Part shown: positions 61,460 through 64,000 of the stretch, one piece after another
Position numbering within the stretch: the first letter of the stretch is position 1
How the letters are laid out: every line of letters begins with the position of its first letter
Origin: an uncultured Verrucomicrobiae bacterium
GTDB taxonomy: Bacteria > Verrucomicrobiota > Verrucomicrobiia > Limisphaerales > Palsa-1400
DNA length: 64,000 bases
Direction: 5' to 3'
NCBI GenBank assembly: GCA_963764165.1
Contig: CAVXRD010000002.1
Location: forward strand, 1,984,001-2,048,000
Program-made: the position numbers and the translations under genes
The notes under the pieces: generated by a model
Told to the model about the DNA's origin: nothing
Database searches by the model: none
Seen by the model: the letters and a program-made list of their open reading frames with translations, nothing else

Positions 61460-61841
61460 TTTCCAGTCAAAGTCGAATTTCGAATTTTCCGATTGTATCC
61501 GCGCGCCACGGCCAGCGCAGGTTAATTCGCGATTTTTCCGTCTAGTGGATGTTTCACGCGGAGCGTCCATTTTGTCAAAAAGCACCTTTGTTTACCTATG
61601 TTTGCATGTTTTCAGCGGAGTGCGGATTTGTATTTGCGTGCTTTGCGCACTTTTCTGCTCTGCACGAAAGTTCTTGCCCTTTGTTCAATCCCTCCAGCCA
61701 ACATCGTTGATTATCAATAAGGCATGAGTCCCGCGTCGAAAGCGGCGTTGGGAACCGCCGGTTCCATCTGTCGCGGAAGCCTGTCCATCCCTCAGGGTAA
61801 ACCCTATTTACAATATCGGAGTGCTTTGGTTCGATAACCGT

Positions 61842-64000
61842 GTGAGCCGAGAAGCAGAATCGATCGTGGCTCCCTGTTCGGCTCCCGCCTCATGCACTGT
61901 CGTGGCTCTTGGAGCATCGGCGGGGGGATTGGAAGCCTTTGGGCAATTCTTTGAACACATGCCGGCGGATTCTGGAGGCTGCTTCGTTTTACTGCAGCAT
62001 CTGGATCCCAATCATGCAACGCTGATGCCTGACCTGCTGGCGAGGCATACGTCCATGCGCGTCCTGCGGGCCCAAGACGGCCAAAAAGTCAAAGCCAATC
62101 ATGTATTTGTGATTGCGCCCAATAGCATCCTGCGGCTGAGCAACGGCTCGCTGCAAGTGGATTCCCTGCCGGCAGGCGGCGACGCCAAGGTGATTGATAT
62201 ATTCTTCCGTTCTGCGGCGGAAAGCCAGGAGCACGATCTTGTTGGAATTATACTTTCTGGAACTGGCACTGACGGGACGGCGGGGTTGAAAGCGATCAAG
62301 GAGCGCGGCGGCCTTACACTCGTGCAAAATCCAGAGACGGCAAAATTTGACGGGATGCCCCGAAGCGCCCTTTCCTCGGGAATTGCCGATCTCGTTTTGA
62401 AGGTCGAAGAAATGCCCACCCGCGTTCTGGAATATCTCAAACACATGGAGGCCACCCGGCAAAAGAAAAGGCCCGAGGCAGTCCAGTCCGAAATCGTCGA
62501 GTGTTTGCCGCAAATCCTCCCGCTTCTCCGCACGAGGACGGGCCACGATTTCAGCCGCTACAAACAAAGCACGCTGGTAAGGAGGATTCACCGCCGCATG
62601 CAGGTCCTTTACCTCAATTCCGCCTCTCAATACTGCGATGATCTCACTAAAAATTCCGAGGAAGTCGACGCCTTATTCAAGGATCTATTGATTGGGGTCA
62701 CGCAGTTTTTTCGCGATCCCGAGAGTTTTGAATTCCTTGCCACCAGCGTGATTCCTGATTTATTCAGGGAAAAGAAGGACGAAGGGCAGGTCCGTATCTG
62801 GGTGCCGGGGTGCGCGTCTGGTGAAGAGGCTTATTCGATAGCGATTCTTCTGGCGGAATACGCGGAAAAGCTGGAGAAAAAGCCAAAAATCCAAATCTTC
62901 GCCACCGATCTGGATGTTGAAGCGCTCGACTTTGCGCGGAAGGCAAAGTATCCGGCAGAGATTGCGGAGCACGTTTCACCGGCGCGTTTGAAGGCCTTCT
63001 TCAAGAAAGTCGGCAATTCTTACGAGCTCATCGACTCCGTCCGGGAGTTATGCATTTTCTCCCCGCACAATTTGATCAAGGACCCGCCCTTTTCACGCAT
63101 CGACGCGATTTCGTGCCGCAATGTTCTGATTTACCTTGAGGCGGATTTGCAGAAGAAATTGCTGCCCCTTTTTCATTATGCGCTGAACCCCTCGGGATAT
63201 TTATTCCTCGGGCCGTCTGAAAACATCGCCAGCCGGAGCGAGCATTTCCGCGTTGCCGACCAAAGGCATCGCGTCTTTCAAAGAAAGCCCATGGTGCTGC
63301 ACATGGCCGCCGGCGTCTCTTTGATTGATCCGGGGCAAGTGACAAAACTTCAGGCGGTGGCGCCATCTGCCGCCGCAGTGGTTGCGAGGGAGCCCAACAT
63401 GGCGCGCGCCATTGAGCGCGTCATTGTCGAGGAGTACGCCCCGGCCAGCGTCATCATCAATGAGCTTGGCGAGGTGGTTTATTTTGCCGGTGACACCGGA
63501 AAATTTCTCAAGCCCCCGGCAGGCTCCCCCACCACCAAGCTGGTCGCGTTGGCCAGGGACAACATCAGGCTCGAGGTTCGGACTTTGGTGCATCGAGCCA
63601 TCTCCACCGGCAAAGAAGCAGTCCGCAAAAACCTGAGAATCAAAAGCGGACGAAAAACGCTGCAGATTGATCTTATCGTCCGCCCACTGACCGAAGTAGG
63701 GCCCGATTCCGGTTTGTTCATCGTGTTGTTTCGGGAGTTGGTCCCATCGAGTGCGGGCACGGATGCGGCCCAGGATCTTACCAGCCATGAGCACCCCGTC
63801 TTCAAACAACTGGAAAACGAACTCAGGACCACGCGCGAAGACCTTCAAACGACGATCGAAGAGCTGGAGACGTCCAATGAAGAATTGAAATCGGCCAACG
63901 AAGAGCTGCTTTCGATGAACGAGGAACTGCAATCCGCGAACGAGGAGTTGCAGACATCCAAGGAGGAAGTCCAGTCCGCCAATGACGAGCTGCAGCGGAA
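61842..64000 (+). CDS. CheB methylesterase / CheR methyltransferase fusion with PAS-like and coiled-coil region (3'-partial; absent from the ORF track)
   Basis: Manual translation: VVALGASAGGLEA, QHLDP, LSGTGTDG (CheB); YKQSTLVRRIHRRM, LIGVTQFFRD, WVPGCASGEEAYS, CRNVLIY (CheR); ELETSNEELKSANEEL coil. GTG start at 61842 or 61821. Confidence 0.92.
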   Translation, partial: MSREAESIVAPCSAPASCTVVALGASAGGLEAFGQFFEHMPADSGGCFVLLQHLDPNHATLMPDLLARHTSMRVLRAQDGQKVKANHVFVIAPNSILRLSNGSLQVDSLPAGGDAKVIDIFFRSAAESQEHDLVGIILSGTGTDGTAGLKAIKERGGLTLVQNPETAKFDGMPRSALSSGIADLVLKVEEMPTRVLEYLKHMEATRQKKRPEAVQSEIVECLPQILPLLRTRTGHDFSRYKQSTLVRRIHRRMQVLYLNSASQYCDDLTKNSEEVDALFKDLLIGVTQFFRDPESFEFLATSVIPDLFREKKDEGQVRIWVPGCASGEEAYSIAILLAEYAEKLEKKPKIQIFATDLDVEALDFARKAKYPAEIAEHVSPARLKAFFKKVGNSYELIDSVRELCIFSPHNLIKDPPFSRIDAISCRNVLIYLEADLQKKLLPLFHYALNPSGYLFLGPSENIASRSEHFRVADQRHRVFQRKPMVLHMAAGVSLIDPGQVTKLQAVAPSAAAVVAREPNMARAIERVIVEEYAPASVIINELGEVVYFAGDTGKFLKPPAGSPTTKLVALARDNIRLEVRTLVHRAISTGKEAVRKNLRIKSGRKTLQIDLIVRPLTEVGPDSGLFIVLFRELVPSSAGTDAAQDLTSHEHPVFKQLENELRTTREDLQTTIEELETSNEELKSANEELLSMNEELQSANEELQTSKEEVQSANDELQR

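Noticed and set aside
61989..63932. Minus-strand ORFs at the right end
   Set aside because: Antisense to the CheB/CheR fusion, which runs off the window and so is missing from the track.

Overview
GC-rich bacterial chromosomal segment. The gene content points to Verrucomicrobiota, probably a Pedosphaera/Limisphaera-like lineage (inference from DUF1559-like H-X9-DG prepilin proteins, GloVer-repeat and LamG/Ig exoproteins, and GTAG-type REP repeats). Housekeeping genes are clpP-clpX-aminotransferase-rpiB, infC, a cobA/hemD fusion, a phosphohexomutase and opgG/opgH. Accessory content comprises two 'prepilin-like protein + large LamG/Ig exoprotein' cassettes (one with two GH43 arabinan enzymes), an ECF sigma/anti-sigma/RDD operon, a tandem array of four unknown membrane-anchored paralogs behind a decayed ABC permease, two adhesin-like proteins sharing an unnamed ~330-aa C-terminal domain, a hipBA module with three phased operators, a Tat glycosidase and a 3'-partial CheB/CheR fusion. 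Features the ORF track misses include a 52-aa mini type IV prepilin at 8166-8324, a 106-bp palindromic element read in frame in two adjacent leader peptides, several REP families and four single-base lesions. No rRNA, tRNA, CRISPR array or transposase was seen.
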